From Negativicutes bacterium (GTDB taxonomy: Bacteria; Bacillota; Negativicutes; UBA1444), in the NCBI GenBank assembly GCA_963665275.2, contig CAXXIN010000007.1:608001-672000 (forward strand): DNA of 64,000 nt, in the 5' to 3' direction. This document shows positions 1 to 10,660 of this stretch, one piece after another (positions within the stretch are counted from its first letter, which is position 1; every line of letters begins with the position of its first letter). The notes below the pieces were generated by a model that ran no database searches, had not been told where the DNA came from, and saw nothing but the letters and a program-made list of their open reading frames with translations. The position numbers were made by a program, and so were the translations under genes.

Positions 1-1445
<1,445 letters not shown>

Positions 1446-3665
1446 CTACACCTTTTGAATCGGCGCAAACTTGACGGATAAGGACTTGATTCCCTGATCG
1501 GGAAAGGCGATTTTCACTTCCTGATTGTCGCCATTGCCTTTGACTTCCACCACGGTCCCGATCCCCCATTTTCCATGGGAGGCTTTGTCGCCAATCTTCC
1601 ATTGCGCCCCCTGAGCTGTCGGCGTTGCGAGTTTGGCAGGTGTCACCGGGCGCAACAACGTTGATGGGCTCTGCGGAACTTGCCGGGGAGGCAAATGCAG
1701 CTGCTGCGCCGGTCCGGGTTTCATGGACCGTTTTTGTTTATTTTCGAGCAATGCTTCTGGAATCTCGGACAGGAAGCGGGATGGGCGGTTGACTTGCACT
1801 TCGCCGAAAATCATACGACTCTGCGCCCGCGTCAGGAACACATTCCGTTGTGCCCGAGTAATTCCGACATAACATAGACGGCGTTCCTCTTCCATTTCCT
1901 CAGGACTGCTCAAAGTGCGAAAATGCGGGAACAACCCTTCTTCCATCCCAATCAGGAATACCGTCGGAAACTCCAGCCCTTTGGCGGAGTGCAGAGTCAT
2001 CATCGTTACCCGGTCGGTTTCCAGGTCGGCGGAATCGATATCCGATACCAGTGCAACGTGGTTCAGGAACGCTTCCAGCGAATCCTCATCTTCTCCCGCC
2101 GTGATAAACTCCCTCGCCACTGTCAGCAATTCCTGAAGGTTCTCCACCCGGCTTTGTGCTTCTGGTGTCCCTTCCTGTTCCAGTTCGGCCAGATACCCGG
2201 TCTCCTTCATGACTCGGGTGATCAGATCAGCTATCGATTCTTTGGCCGCTGCATCACGCAGATGATCCAATAAACGGACAAGTTCAGTTAAAGCTCCCTT
2301 TGCTTTAGCTCCGATTGTACTCACAGTATGCAGACGTTTGGAAACTTCATACAGGGACAATCCGGCCCCGTCAGCGGCTGCCTGCAGATGGCCCATGGAA
2401 GTATCGCCGACCCCCCGGCGCGGTACATTGACAATCCGGCGGAAACTGACAGAATCCGCAGGGTTCTGAATTACCCTTAGATACGCCAACATGTCTTTGA
2501 CTTCCTTGCGGTCATAGAATTTAACGCCGCCAACGATGGTATAGGGAAGGCCTTGTTTAAGAAACTCCTCTTCAACAGCCCGTGATTGTGCATTGGTCCG
2601 GTACAGCACAGCCATTCCGCCGTAAGGCTGCCGCTGCACAGTATTCAGACGCACCGCCTGTTCCACGACGAAGCGCGCCTCTTCCCGCTGATCGCCGGAA
2701 ACATGCACCACCAATGAGTCACCGGCGGGATTGTCCGTCCACATTGTTTTCGGTTTTCGACCCGTATTGTTATCGATAAGCGCATTGGCCGCATCCAAAA
2801 TGATCTGTGTTGATCGATAATTTTGCTCTAGTTTGATCACTGCGGCTTCCGGATAATCCTTTTCAAAATCGAGAATATTGCTGATATCCGCGCCGCGCCA
2901 GCCGTAAATGCTCTGGTCGGCATCACCGACCACACACAGATTGCGATGTTTGGCAGCCAACATCCGAGTCAGCGTATATTGGGTATGATTGGTATCCTGA
3001 TATTCATCAACAAGCACATATTTGAAGCGTTGCTGATATTTTGCCAATACTTCCGGGTATTCTTCCAGCAAGCGGACCGCCACATTCATCAGGTCGTCAA
3101 AATCCATGGCGTTGTTCGCCAGCAATTTCTTCTGATAGAGCGAATATAGCAACGCAACCTTCTGTTGATAGTAGTTATCGGCCTGCCTGTCGAACTGCTC
3201 CGGCGTGATCAACTGATTTTTGGCATTGGATATCGTCCCGATGACGCTGCCCACGGAGAACTGCCGCTCCGGGAGATCCAGTTCCTTCAGGCACTGCCGC
3301 ACCAACAGCTTGATATCCCCTTCATCGTAAATCGTAAATTGCCGCGTATACCAGCCGGTCGCCTCAATTTCCGTCCGCAGGAACCTCGCGCAAAAAGCGT
3401 GAAACGTGCTCAGCCAGATTTGTCTGGCAACCGAACCGACAATCTTGGACACCCTTTCCTTCATTTCGCCAGCGGCTTTATTGGTAAAGGTAATAGCAAG
3501 GATCTCCCACGGTTTAACCCCCTGCTCCAGCAGATAAGCGATACGGCTCGTCAGCACGCTGGTTTTCCCCGACCCAGCCCCTGCAATGATCAGCAACGGT
3601 CCGTTGATGTGTTGCACCGCTTCTTTTTGTTTTTCATTGAGTCTATTCATATAGTCGTTGTGCAC
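1446..3665 (-). CDS. pcrA: ATP-dependent DNA helicase PcrA (UvrD/Rep family)
   Basis: AGAGSGKT Walker A, VDEYQDTN, LEQNYRS, TLHSAKGLEF, EERRLCYVGITRA; C-terminal Tudor-like H.KWG.G.V domain. Confidence 0.97.
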   Translation of the reverse strand: MHNDYMNRLNEKQKEAVQHINGPLLIIAGAGSGKTSVLTSRIAYLLEQGVKPWEILAITFTNKAAGEMKERVSKIVGSVARQIWLSTFHAFCARFLRTEIEATGWYTRQFTIYDEGDIKLLVRQCLKELDLPERQFSVGSVIGTISNAKNQLITPEQFDRQADNYYQQKVALLYSLYQKKLLANNAMDFDDLMNVAVRLLEEYPEVLAKYQQRFKYVLVDEYQDTNHTQYTLTRMLAAKHRNLCVVGDADQSIYGWRGADISNILDFEKDYPEAAVIKLEQNYRSTQIILDAANALIDNNTGRKPKTMWTDNPAGDSLVVHVSGDQREEARFVVEQAVRLNTVQRQPYGGMAVLYRTNAQSRAVEEEFLKQGLPYTIVGGVKFYDRKEVKDMLAYLRVIQNPADSVSFRRIVNVPRRGVGDTSMGHLQAAADGAGLSLYEVSKRLHTVSTIGAKAKGALTELVRLLDHLRDAAAKESIADLITRVMKETGYLAELEQEGTPEAQSRVENLQELLTVAREFITAGEDEDSLEAFLNHVALVSDIDSADLETDRVTMMTLHSAKGLEFPTVFLIGMEEGLFPHFRTLSSPEEMEEERRLCYVGITRAQRNVFLTRAQSRMIFGEVQVNRPSRFLSEIPEALLENKQKRSMKPGPAQQLHLPPRQVPQSPSTLLRPVTPAKLATPTAQGAQWKIGDKASHGKWGIGTVVEVKGNGDNQEVKIAFPDQGIKSLSVKFAPIQKV

Positions 3666-3741
3666 TTTTTCCCTCCAGCGATTCCTATCGACAGCCTCGG
3701 CTGTTCCATTTCATCCAATTTATTAACCCAACTTCATGTAG

Positions 3742-3766
3742 ATTCTCCGCGCCGTCCATTTTTCCT
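3742..3766 (-). promoter_or_regulatory. sigma-H-like promoter for pcrA-ligA
   Basis: Minus strand AGGA-N14-GGAGAAT, matching the Bacillus sigma-H consensus geometry. Confidence 0.55.
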
Positions 3767-3778
3767 GCCGAACATTTC

Positions 3779-3818
3779 AGAACATATGTTTGATTTTCTC
3801 GCGCAGGTTTCGTATAAT
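3779..3818 (+). promoter_or_regulatory. LexA (SOS/Cheo) box overlapping the -35 of a sigma-A promoter
   Basis: AGAACATATGTTTG (3779-3792) fits GAAC-N4-GTTY; TTGATT (3790-3795)-17 bp-TATAAT (3813-3818). Confidence 0.8.
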
Positions 3819-3860
3819 GGTGCCGAAAGCATTATTAGCGAGCATAAGGAGGGCTTCCTC

Positions 3861-5045
3861 GTGGACAAACTTCAAAAGTTGGCTTTGCTCGGCGAAAGCG
3901 CCAAATATGATGTGTGCGCGTCATCTTCGGCTACGCCAAAAAAATTCGCCGATGCCGCCATCGGCCGAACTGTTCCCAGCGGGATCTGCCACTCCTTTAC
4001 CCCCGATGGACGCTGTGTATCGTTATTCAAAGTACTGATGAGTAATCAATGTGAAAAAGACTGCCTTTACTGCCCCAATCGCTCGGGCCGCGATGTTCCG
4101 CGCACCCGTTTTGCCCCGGAAGAGTTGGCGGAACTGTTCATGGAATTCTACCGCCGCAATTATGTGGAAGGCTTGTTTCTGAGTTCTGGCGTCATGCATT
4201 CAACGGGTCAGACAATGCAGCAGTTATTGGAAACACTTGAAATTTTGCGGTTTCGCTATAAATTCGGCGGTTACATCCACCTGAAGATACTGCCGGGAAC
4301 TGGGGAAGCAGAGACCGAAAGGGCCGTGGAACTTGCCAACAGGGTTTCGCTGAACATGGAAGCCCCTTCAGCGCTCCACCTGTCCCGCCTCAGCACTACC
4401 AAAAATTTCGCCACCGAGATCATGGGCGGCATGAGCAGGATTCACCGCCACCTTCGGAACCAGGCCGGCGTCAGCCACTCCACTCAGTTCATCGTTGGCG
4501 CCGCCCAGGAATCCGATCGGGATATCCTCGACTCCACGGTTCGCCTCTATTCAGACTATGGATTGAAACGAGCCTATTTCAGCGCATTTCAACCGGTTCC
4601 AGGCACCCCGCTAGGCGAAATCGCCGGTGCGCCGCTAGTGCGGGAACACCGTCTTTATCAGGCCGATTTCCTGTTCCGTTACTATGGTTTTCGCATGGAA
4701 GAACTTGCCTACGATCCCGGCGGTAATCTGGACCTCGCGACTGATCCGAAACAGGCTTACGCTGCGCAGCATCCGGAACGCTTCCCTTTGGAAATCAACC
4801 GGGCTACTATCGCTGAACTGTTGCGCATCCCCGGAATCGGTCCACGCTCGGCGAAAAAGATCGTCCTGCTGCGCCGCGAATGCAGTTTCCGTTCGGTTGA
4901 AGATTTGAAGCGGATTGGCGTGGTGACGAAGCGAGCGCTGCCCTTTATCCTTGTTCAAGGGAAAAATTTCACCCCCGCCCTCTCCAGAACCGCTCGCAAT
5001 GATGTGAGACACATTCAGCCTTCATTATGGGGGGATCCGATATGA
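3861..5045 (+). CDS. Putative DNA modification/repair radical SAM protein with C-terminal HhH motif (TIGR03916-like)
   Basis: GTG 3861 after AAGGAGG; AKYDVCASS, GICHSFTPDGRCVSLFK, CxxxCxxC (CEKDCLYC), REHRLYQADFL, LLRIPGIG HhH. The ORF-track extension to 3165 is antisense to pcrA. Confidence 0.9.
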   Translation: MDKLQKLALLGESAKYDVCASSSATPKKFADAAIGRTVPSGICHSFTPDGRCVSLFKVLMSNQCEKDCLYCPNRSGRDVPRTRFAPEELAELFMEFYRRNYVEGLFLSSGVMHSTGQTMQQLLETLEILRFRYKFGGYIHLKILPGTGEAETERAVELANRVSLNMEAPSALHLSRLSTTKNFATEIMGGMSRIHRHLRNQAGVSHSTQFIVGAAQESDRDILDSTVRLYSDYGLKRAYFSAFQPVPGTPLGEIAGAPLVREHRLYQADFLFRYYGFRMEELAYDPGGNLDLATDPKQAYAAQHPERFPLEINRATIAELLRIPGIGPRSAKKIVLLRRECSFRSVEDLKRIGVVTKRALPFILVQGKNFTPALSRTARNDVRHIQPSLWGDPI

Positions 5046-5815
5046 TTCTCTGCTCACCCAATCCCGAAAGCATCCTAAAAGCATCACTGCTTGCCGAGTT
5101 AACCGGATTAGCCCCTGAGTTGCGCGAGGCAAATGAGCAGCCGAACTTGTTCGCCCACGTTGACGAAGTAGATGCCGACAGCTTCGAATTTGCCAAACTC
5201 CTTGGGGAGTTATCCTCGAAAACAGGACTCGACTATGATTGGCTCAAGCATTATCAGGGACGGCGCATAGCCCTCATGATTATTTTTAACTTGCGTAACC
5301 GTTCCCGCGATTGTATCCCTGCCATTTTTGCCGCCCTGGCAGAAGCCTTGCGCCACGGACCCGGGTACTGCATCTGCGGTCGAGGTCAGGCCGGTGCGAC
5401 GTTTCGCAGTCGTAGCCGGGAGGTTGGCAGCGAGATCCACCGCATGATGGGCCTGATCCGTTTCGAGGAAACTGCGGAGGGTGATTTTGTTGCCCACCCC
5501 AAACTTTTCCATCAGACCGCCGACATCCTGCTGCGAAAATTCCAATTGCGTTACCCCAATCGCCGTCTGGTCTTCATTTTTCCTTCGGAAGCATTATGCT
5601 GTGAAGAGGGCCGTATCCGACGCATTGAAATGCAGGAGTTGACACCCGCTTTGTTGAATCCAACAGATAACTTCGCTGCGTTATGGGAGACCTATTATCG
5701 CTCCCAATATATCCCTGCGCGAAAGAACATTCGGCTTGCCTCTCATTTCATCCCCAAAAAGTATTGGGACTGGCTGCCGGAAGGAAAAATATTGGAACAG
5801 GAAGCAAAAAAATGA
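5042..5815 (+). CDS. DUF4130 / TIGR03915-like putative DNA metabolism protein
   Basis: ATGA overlap with the radical SAM stop; EIHRMMGLIRF and LWETYYRSQYIPARKN...PKKYW..LPE motifs typical of the radical SAM partner family. Confidence 0.85.
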   Translation: MILCSPNPESILKASLLAELTGLAPELREANEQPNLFAHVDEVDADSFEFAKLLGELSSKTGLDYDWLKHYQGRRIALMIIFNLRNRSRDCIPAIFAALAEALRHGPGYCICGRGQAGATFRSRSREVGSEIHRMMGLIRFEETAEGDFVAHPKLFHQTADILLRKFQLRYPNRRLVFIFPSEALCCEEGRIRRIEMQELTPALLNPTDNFAALWETYYRSQYIPARKNIRLASHFIPKKYWDWLPEGKILEQEAKK

Positions 5816-6585
5816 AAGAAATTATGAGCCGTATTTGGCGTGCGATCATTGAATTTGACCTGATCGATACCGACGACCGCATAATGATAGGTCTCTCCGG
5901 TGGCAAAGACAGTTTGTTTCTGACGTACGCACTTTCCCACATTCGACGCCATTCAGCACGGCCCTTCACATTAGGCGCCTTTACCATCGATACCCGCTTC
6001 GATGCCGATTTCCCACGTGAGAAACTCCACAAATTTTGTGAATCACTCGATATCCCCTTCGACTCGACGGTGGTCGACATTCCGCAGGCCATCGCCGCCA
6101 ACAAGGCCCCTGATGCCTGCGCCACCTGCGCTTTTTTTCGGCGGGGCGCCCTGAACCGGATCGCCCGGGAACGCGGATATAACAAAGTCGCTCTGGCCCA
6201 TCACCATGATGACGCGGTGGAAACCTTCATGATGGGACTTTTTTATGCAGGCAGGCTCAAGACGTTCTTGCCGAAAACCCCTCAAGAACGAAGCGGCGTC
6301 ACGATCATCCGGCCACTTGTCTATTTTCGCGAAGCAGAAATCATCGCAAATGTCGATCGCCTTGGTCTGGAGCCGCTGAAAAATCCCTGCCCCTATAACG
6401 GGCATACCAAAAGGCAGGAAACCAAGGAAATGCTCTCGGATTTGGAAGCCAAAGACCCCGAATACTATCGCCGCTTTTCAGCCGCCATGCGGGGCGGGGC
6501 AACGGCCGAACTATGGCCTGCCCAGCCAGATCGTTATACGCTGAAGGGCAAATATCTCGATTTCATGGGCTATCCGCGCAAATAA
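5812..6585 (+). CDS. ttcA: tRNA 2-thiocytidine biosynthesis TtcA-family protein
   Basis: ATGA overlap; PP-loop SGGKDS, CATC, RRGAL, ALAHHHDDAVET, IIRPL, NPCP. Confidence 0.85.
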   Translation: MKEIMSRIWRAIIEFDLIDTDDRIMIGLSGGKDSLFLTYALSHIRRHSARPFTLGAFTIDTRFDADFPREKLHKFCESLDIPFDSTVVDIPQAIAANKAPDACATCAFFRRGALNRIARERGYNKVALAHHHDDAVETFMMGLFYAGRLKTFLPKTPQERSGVTIIRPLVYFREAEIIANVDRLGLEPLKNPCPYNGHTKRQETKEMLSDLEAKDPEYYRRFSAAMRGGATAELWPAQPDRYTLKGKYLDFMGYPRK

Positions 6586-6612
6586 TCCGGCTTATGCTAC
6601 TGGAGGCTCAAT

Positions 6613-9057
6613 ATGTCACTGCGGCAAAAAACGCTGCTGATCATCGGTTTGGCAATCAGCGCTCTCAGTGTTATCTTGTTTTTTTCTGCCAACGCAATCT
6701 TGCTTGGCGGCTTTCGTAGCGTTGAAAATCGGGAGATGGAGTCGAGCCTCAGCCGCGCCGTCAACGCAATCACGCTGGAGACTGGCTCGCTCGCTGCCTT
6801 TGCCGAAGACTGGGGCGCCTGGGACGACAATTATCTCTTCATCGCCGGCGAGCACACTGACTTCTTAAAGAAAAATGTCACTGCATCGACGTTCCTCTCT
6901 CAGCAATTTCATTTGATGGCCTTTTTTGACGTTAAGGGAAACTTGGTTTACGGAACCCTTTTTGACCCGGTTACCAAATTTTTTACGCCTCTTCCCGACT
7001 CAATTAAAAATCAGTTGCTGACTGAATCCGAGCTATTCCCGTATGCCTCCCCCGACAGAATTGTCCGCGGGGTGGTTGCATTGCCGGGCGCTCCGCTGCT
7101 GGTAGCCTCCAGACCGATTATCGATAGTGAAAAGAAACTGCCGCCCCGCGGCATCATGATCGTTGGCAAATTCCTCACTGCACCGGTGTTGACGCAGATG
7201 TCCGCTGCTAATCATCTCTCAATCCAAGTTCAAGAATTGCAAAACCTTACTCTTCCGGTTGATTTTTCCCTAGCAGTCCAGAATTTATCTGAAATAAATA
7301 GGACGTGGATCGAACCTCTTAACGGCCAAACCATTGCAGGCTATACGATGATCACGGACCTCAATGGACGTCCCTGTCTGATTCTGCGCGTAGATTCCCC
7401 ACGCTACAGTTATCTGCAGGGGCAAAAAACTGTTCAGTACTTTTCCTTCATGCTGATTATTCTAGGTCTACTGTTTGGCATCATCAATCTATTTCTACTT
7501 GAAAAAACCATTTTGAAGAGACTCTCCAGTCTAAGCCATCAAGTTGCCGCCGTGGGCGAAAACACTTCACCGTCCCAACGAGTTCAGATCGCGGGAAACG
7601 ATGAATTGTCCCTGCTGGCAGCGGATATCAACAAAATGCTAGGTTCATTGGCAACCACCCAAAACGAGCTAAAGGAAAGCGAGACCGCAACCCGGGTGCT
7701 GCTGGAGGGATTACCCGATTTCCTGCTGCGCCTTGATCGACGCGGGATCATCCTTGATTTCAAGACTGCAAGGGATCGTTTTCTGGCAACACCGCCCAAA
7801 TTACTGCCGGGCAACTCCATAACCGATGCTTATCCGGCTTCGTTGGCTGAAAAATTTTCAACCGCCCTTGAGCAGGCGTTCGTTACTGAAAGCACCCAAT
7901 TATTTGAGCACGAGATGCTTATCAACAACCAGACCGTCAATCAGGAGATCCGAATCACGCCGATTACCGACTCGGAGGCAATCGCAATCCTGCGTGATTT
8001 TACTGAGCGCAGACAGTTGGAGAAATCCCTGCGATTCTTCAATTTGAGAGATTCTGTGACAGGATTGTTCAATCGAACGTATTGGGAGGAAAAACTAGCT
8101 GCATTTTCGCAGCAGCCAGGTTCTACGATTGGCATCCTCCTGTTTGAAATAGATGAAATGGGTTTGATCCGGGACAGCCTTGGTCCAGAACATAGCAATA
8201 CCGTACTGGTTGCCACCGCTTCGGCTCTGCGGTCGAGCCTTCCGCTTGATGCGGTCATTGCCCGGATTGGCGCGGAAAAGTTCGCAGCACTCATCCCTGG
8301 GGCCGACGAATTTGGATTAAAAATGTTCGTACGCAAAATTCGTCAGGAAGTTGAGCTCAGCGCTAAAACTGAAGCTCAATTTCTGTTTAGCCTTTCAATC
8401 GGCTTCTCTCATGGTATTGCGACAGAATCAGGCATTGCAGAAATTTTTAAAGCTGCCAAAATGCAGCTGCACCGCGAACACCTATCTCACAGTCAGGCCT
8501 CGCGCAACAATCTTTTTTTGAGCTTGCAGACGGCCCTGGAAACGAGGGATTTTGTCACTCACCAACACGCTGCCCGCCTTTGGGCCTTGGGCAAAGCTCT
8601 GGCTGCAGCCGCCGGCTTACCCGCTAAAAGTTTAACCGGACTCAAACTTCTCGCGCAGTTTCACGATATCGGCAAAGTTGGGGTTTCGGACGAACTGATT
8701 TTCAAAGAAGGCCGGTTAACCGCTGAAGAAATGAAGCAAATGAAGCTTCATGTTGAAATCGGGCATCGTATTGCCCAGTCGATACCCGATTTATTCCCCA
8801 TCTCCGACCTGCTGCTGAAGCATCACGAATGGTGGAATGGAGAAGGGTATCCACTCGGACTGCAGGGCGAAGAGATTCCTTTAGAGTGTCGGATTTTCGC
8901 AATCGTGGACGCCTTCGATGCCATGACCAATGACCGACCCGACCGCAAGGCCCTCGCTGTAAAAGAAGCGGCTGCCGAATTGCGCAGATGCGCCGGCAGC
9001 CAATTTGATCCGAACCTAGTTGTGAAATTCCTGGCCATTATTGGTGAGGAAGACTAA
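6613..9057 (+). CDS. Membrane sensor: CHASE4-HAMP-PAS-degenerate GGDEF-HD-GYP (probable c-di-GMP phosphodiesterase)
   Basis: DWGAWDDNY.F CHASE4 motif between two TM helices; GNDELSLLA HAMP; GGDEF site reads IGAEKF; HDIGK and HHEWWNGEGYP.GL.GEEIP are intact. Confidence 0.88.
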   Translation: MSLRQKTLLIIGLAISALSVILFFSANAILLGGFRSVENREMESSLSRAVNAITLETGSLAAFAEDWGAWDDNYLFIAGEHTDFLKKNVTASTFLSQQFHLMAFFDVKGNLVYGTLFDPVTKFFTPLPDSIKNQLLTESELFPYASPDRIVRGVVALPGAPLLVASRPIIDSEKKLPPRGIMIVGKFLTAPVLTQMSAANHLSIQVQELQNLTLPVDFSLAVQNLSEINRTWIEPLNGQTIAGYTMITDLNGRPCLILRVDSPRYSYLQGQKTVQYFSFMLIILGLLFGIINLFLLEKTILKRLSSLSHQVAAVGENTSPSQRVQIAGNDELSLLAADINKMLGSLATTQNELKESETATRVLLEGLPDFLLRLDRRGIILDFKTARDRFLATPPKLLPGNSITDAYPASLAEKFSTALEQAFVTESTQLFEHEMLINNQTVNQEIRITPITDSEAIAILRDFTERRQLEKSLRFFNLRDSVTGLFNRTYWEEKLAAFSQQPGSTIGILLFEIDEMGLIRDSLGPEHSNTVLVATASALRSSLPLDAVIARIGAEKFAALIPGADEFGLKMFVRKIRQEVELSAKTEAQFLFSLSIGFSHGIATESGIAEIFKAAKMQLHREHLSHSQASRNNLFLSLQTALETRDFVTHQHAARLWALGKALAAAAGLPAKSLTGLKLLAQFHDIGKVGVSDELIFKEGRLTAEEMKQMKLHVEIGHRIAQSIPDLFPISDLLLKHHEWWNGEGYPLGLQGEEIPLECRIFAIVDAFDAMTNDRPDRKALAVKEAAAELRRCAGSQFDPNLVVKFLAIIGEED

Positions 9058-9058
9058 C

Positions 9059-9844
9059 TTAGCCTTGATGCAAATCGTGGTGCAGTTTTCGCACAGCTGC
9101 GCCAAAGATCATTCCTTCTGTAGCAATGGTCAAAAACTGCGCCCCTGCCGCTTTCCAGTAAGCGGCATCCTCTGCGTTCAGGCAGAATATCCCCGCCCAC
9201 TTATTCGTGCGGCGGGTTTTGTCTATTACGGAGTGAATCGTCTTCCTCAGTTCCGGGTCGTTGAACTGACCAGTTACGCCCATGGACTGTGATAAATCAG
9301 TTGGGCCAATGAAAATCCCGTCAATTCCTTCCACTGCCAAAATGGATTCTAAATTTTTCACCGCATCGATATGCTCCACTTGGGTAATCACAAGATTTTC
9401 GCGATTCGAACCTTGCAGATAGTCCGCCATTGGAACAAAACCGTATCTAGCGGCTCTGACAACACCGGCGACGCCCCGTTCGCCCTGCGGTGCATAGCGC
9501 GCTGCCCGGACTGCCGCTGCAGCCTCCGCCACTGTATTGACCTGCGGCACCAGCACGCCGGCAGCACCGGCATCCAAGGCCCGCAAAATCAATTCATGCG
9601 AATTAGTTGTAACGCGAACAAGCGGCGTTATCCCTGACACTTCGGCAGCTCGCACCAGATTCCCAACCTGCTCTGTGGTATTACCGGAATGTTCGGTGTC
9701 GATCAATACAAAATCTAGTCCAGCATAGCCGATCATTTCGACTAGAGCTGGTTCCCCTAGCATAGCGAAGGTTCCGAACGCCGAACCCCCTTCGGCAATG
9801 ATATGCCTTGTCTTATTCACCGGAAATTCAACTTTTTTCTGCAA
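9059..9844 (-). CDS. HpcH/HpaI (GarL-like) aldolase family protein
   Basis: DFVLIDTEH, LDAGAAGVLVPQV, QVEH, DGIFIGPTDLS. Confidence 0.9.
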   Translation of the reverse strand: MQKKVEFPVNKTRHIIAEGGSAFGTFAMLGEPALVEMIGYAGLDFVLIDTEHSGNTTEQVGNLVRAAEVSGITPLVRVTTNSHELILRALDAGAAGVLVPQVNTVAEAAAAVRAARYAPQGERGVAGVVRAARYGFVPMADYLQGSNRENLVITQVEHIDAVKNLESILAVEGIDGIFIGPTDLSQSMGVTGQFNDPELRKTIHSVIDKTRRTNKWAGIFCLNAEDAAYWKAAGAQFLTIATEGMIFGAAVRKLHHDLHQG

Positions 9845-9898
9845 TGTATTCCCGTCCCTTCCAAATGATTAAAATACGGTTCACAGTGGTCGCTACGA

Positions 9899-10567
9899 CT
9901 ATTCTTTGAGGAATTGGAGCAGTTCAGTTGGATATTGGATGATGGAACATGCGCCGGCCTGCAGCAATTCTTCGATCGGCCGAAATCCCCAGGCAACCCC
10001 TACTGCATACATTCCGGCCGAAGTAGCGGTTCGCATGTCAGTGCTCGTATCACCAACGTACAGGATCTTGTCAGGACTGATTTCCCACATGTCGGCGATT
10101 TCCAGCGCCGCTTGGGGATCAGGCTTGATAGGAACACCGGCTCTGGCTCCGAACAGCGGCTCGAAAGTCCAGAAAGGCAACAGTTCAGGAACCATCATCT
10201 TAGTGAAAAGGTCCGGCTTGTTTGACAAAACCGCCATCGGCAGTCCGGCTGCCGTTAATTGATCAAGCATCTCCTTCATGCCGGGGTAGGGGCGGGTTTT
10301 GATATTCCAGCGCTTATCATACTCGACCGACATGAGCGCGACCGTCTTGTCGACATTTTTTTCATCAAGCTTATCGGCAGGCAATACACGCCTTGCCATT
10401 TCGCGGATTCCATCACCAACAAAATAACGATACTTTTCGATTGGATGTGTTGGAAAATCAAGTTGGCCCAAAGCCGCGTTCATCGAGTCAGCCAAGTCTT
10501 CCAACGAATCGAGCAACGTACCGTCCAGATCAAAAATCACTGCTTCATATTTCACTGGATTGTCCAT
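9899..10567 (-). CDS. HAD-superfamily hydrolase (phosphoglycolate phosphatase-like)
   Basis: FDLDGTLLDS, VLSNK, KPDP, YVGD...D motifs. Confidence 0.9.
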   Translation of the reverse strand: MDNPVKYEAVIFDLDGTLLDSLEDLADSMNAALGQLDFPTHPIEKYRYFVGDGIREMARRVLPADKLDEKNVDKTVALMSVEYDKRWNIKTRPYPGMKEMLDQLTAAGLPMAVLSNKPDLFTKMMVPELLPFWTFEPLFGARAGVPIKPDPQAALEIADMWEISPDKILYVGDTSTDMRTATSAGMYAVGVAWGFRPIEELLQAGACSIIQYPTELLQFLKE

Positions 10568-10660
10568 ACCCCCGTCACTATTAATTCTTCCATTAGATAA
10601 CCTTCCTCTTAATGTCCCTGCCTAAAAGATTTGACATACAGAGAGCAACTTCCTGCTTTT

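Noticed and set aside
3165-3860. N-terminal extension making the radical SAM ORF 626 aa
   Set aside because: It overlaps pcrA antisense and the promoter; the SD and family start point to GTG 3861.
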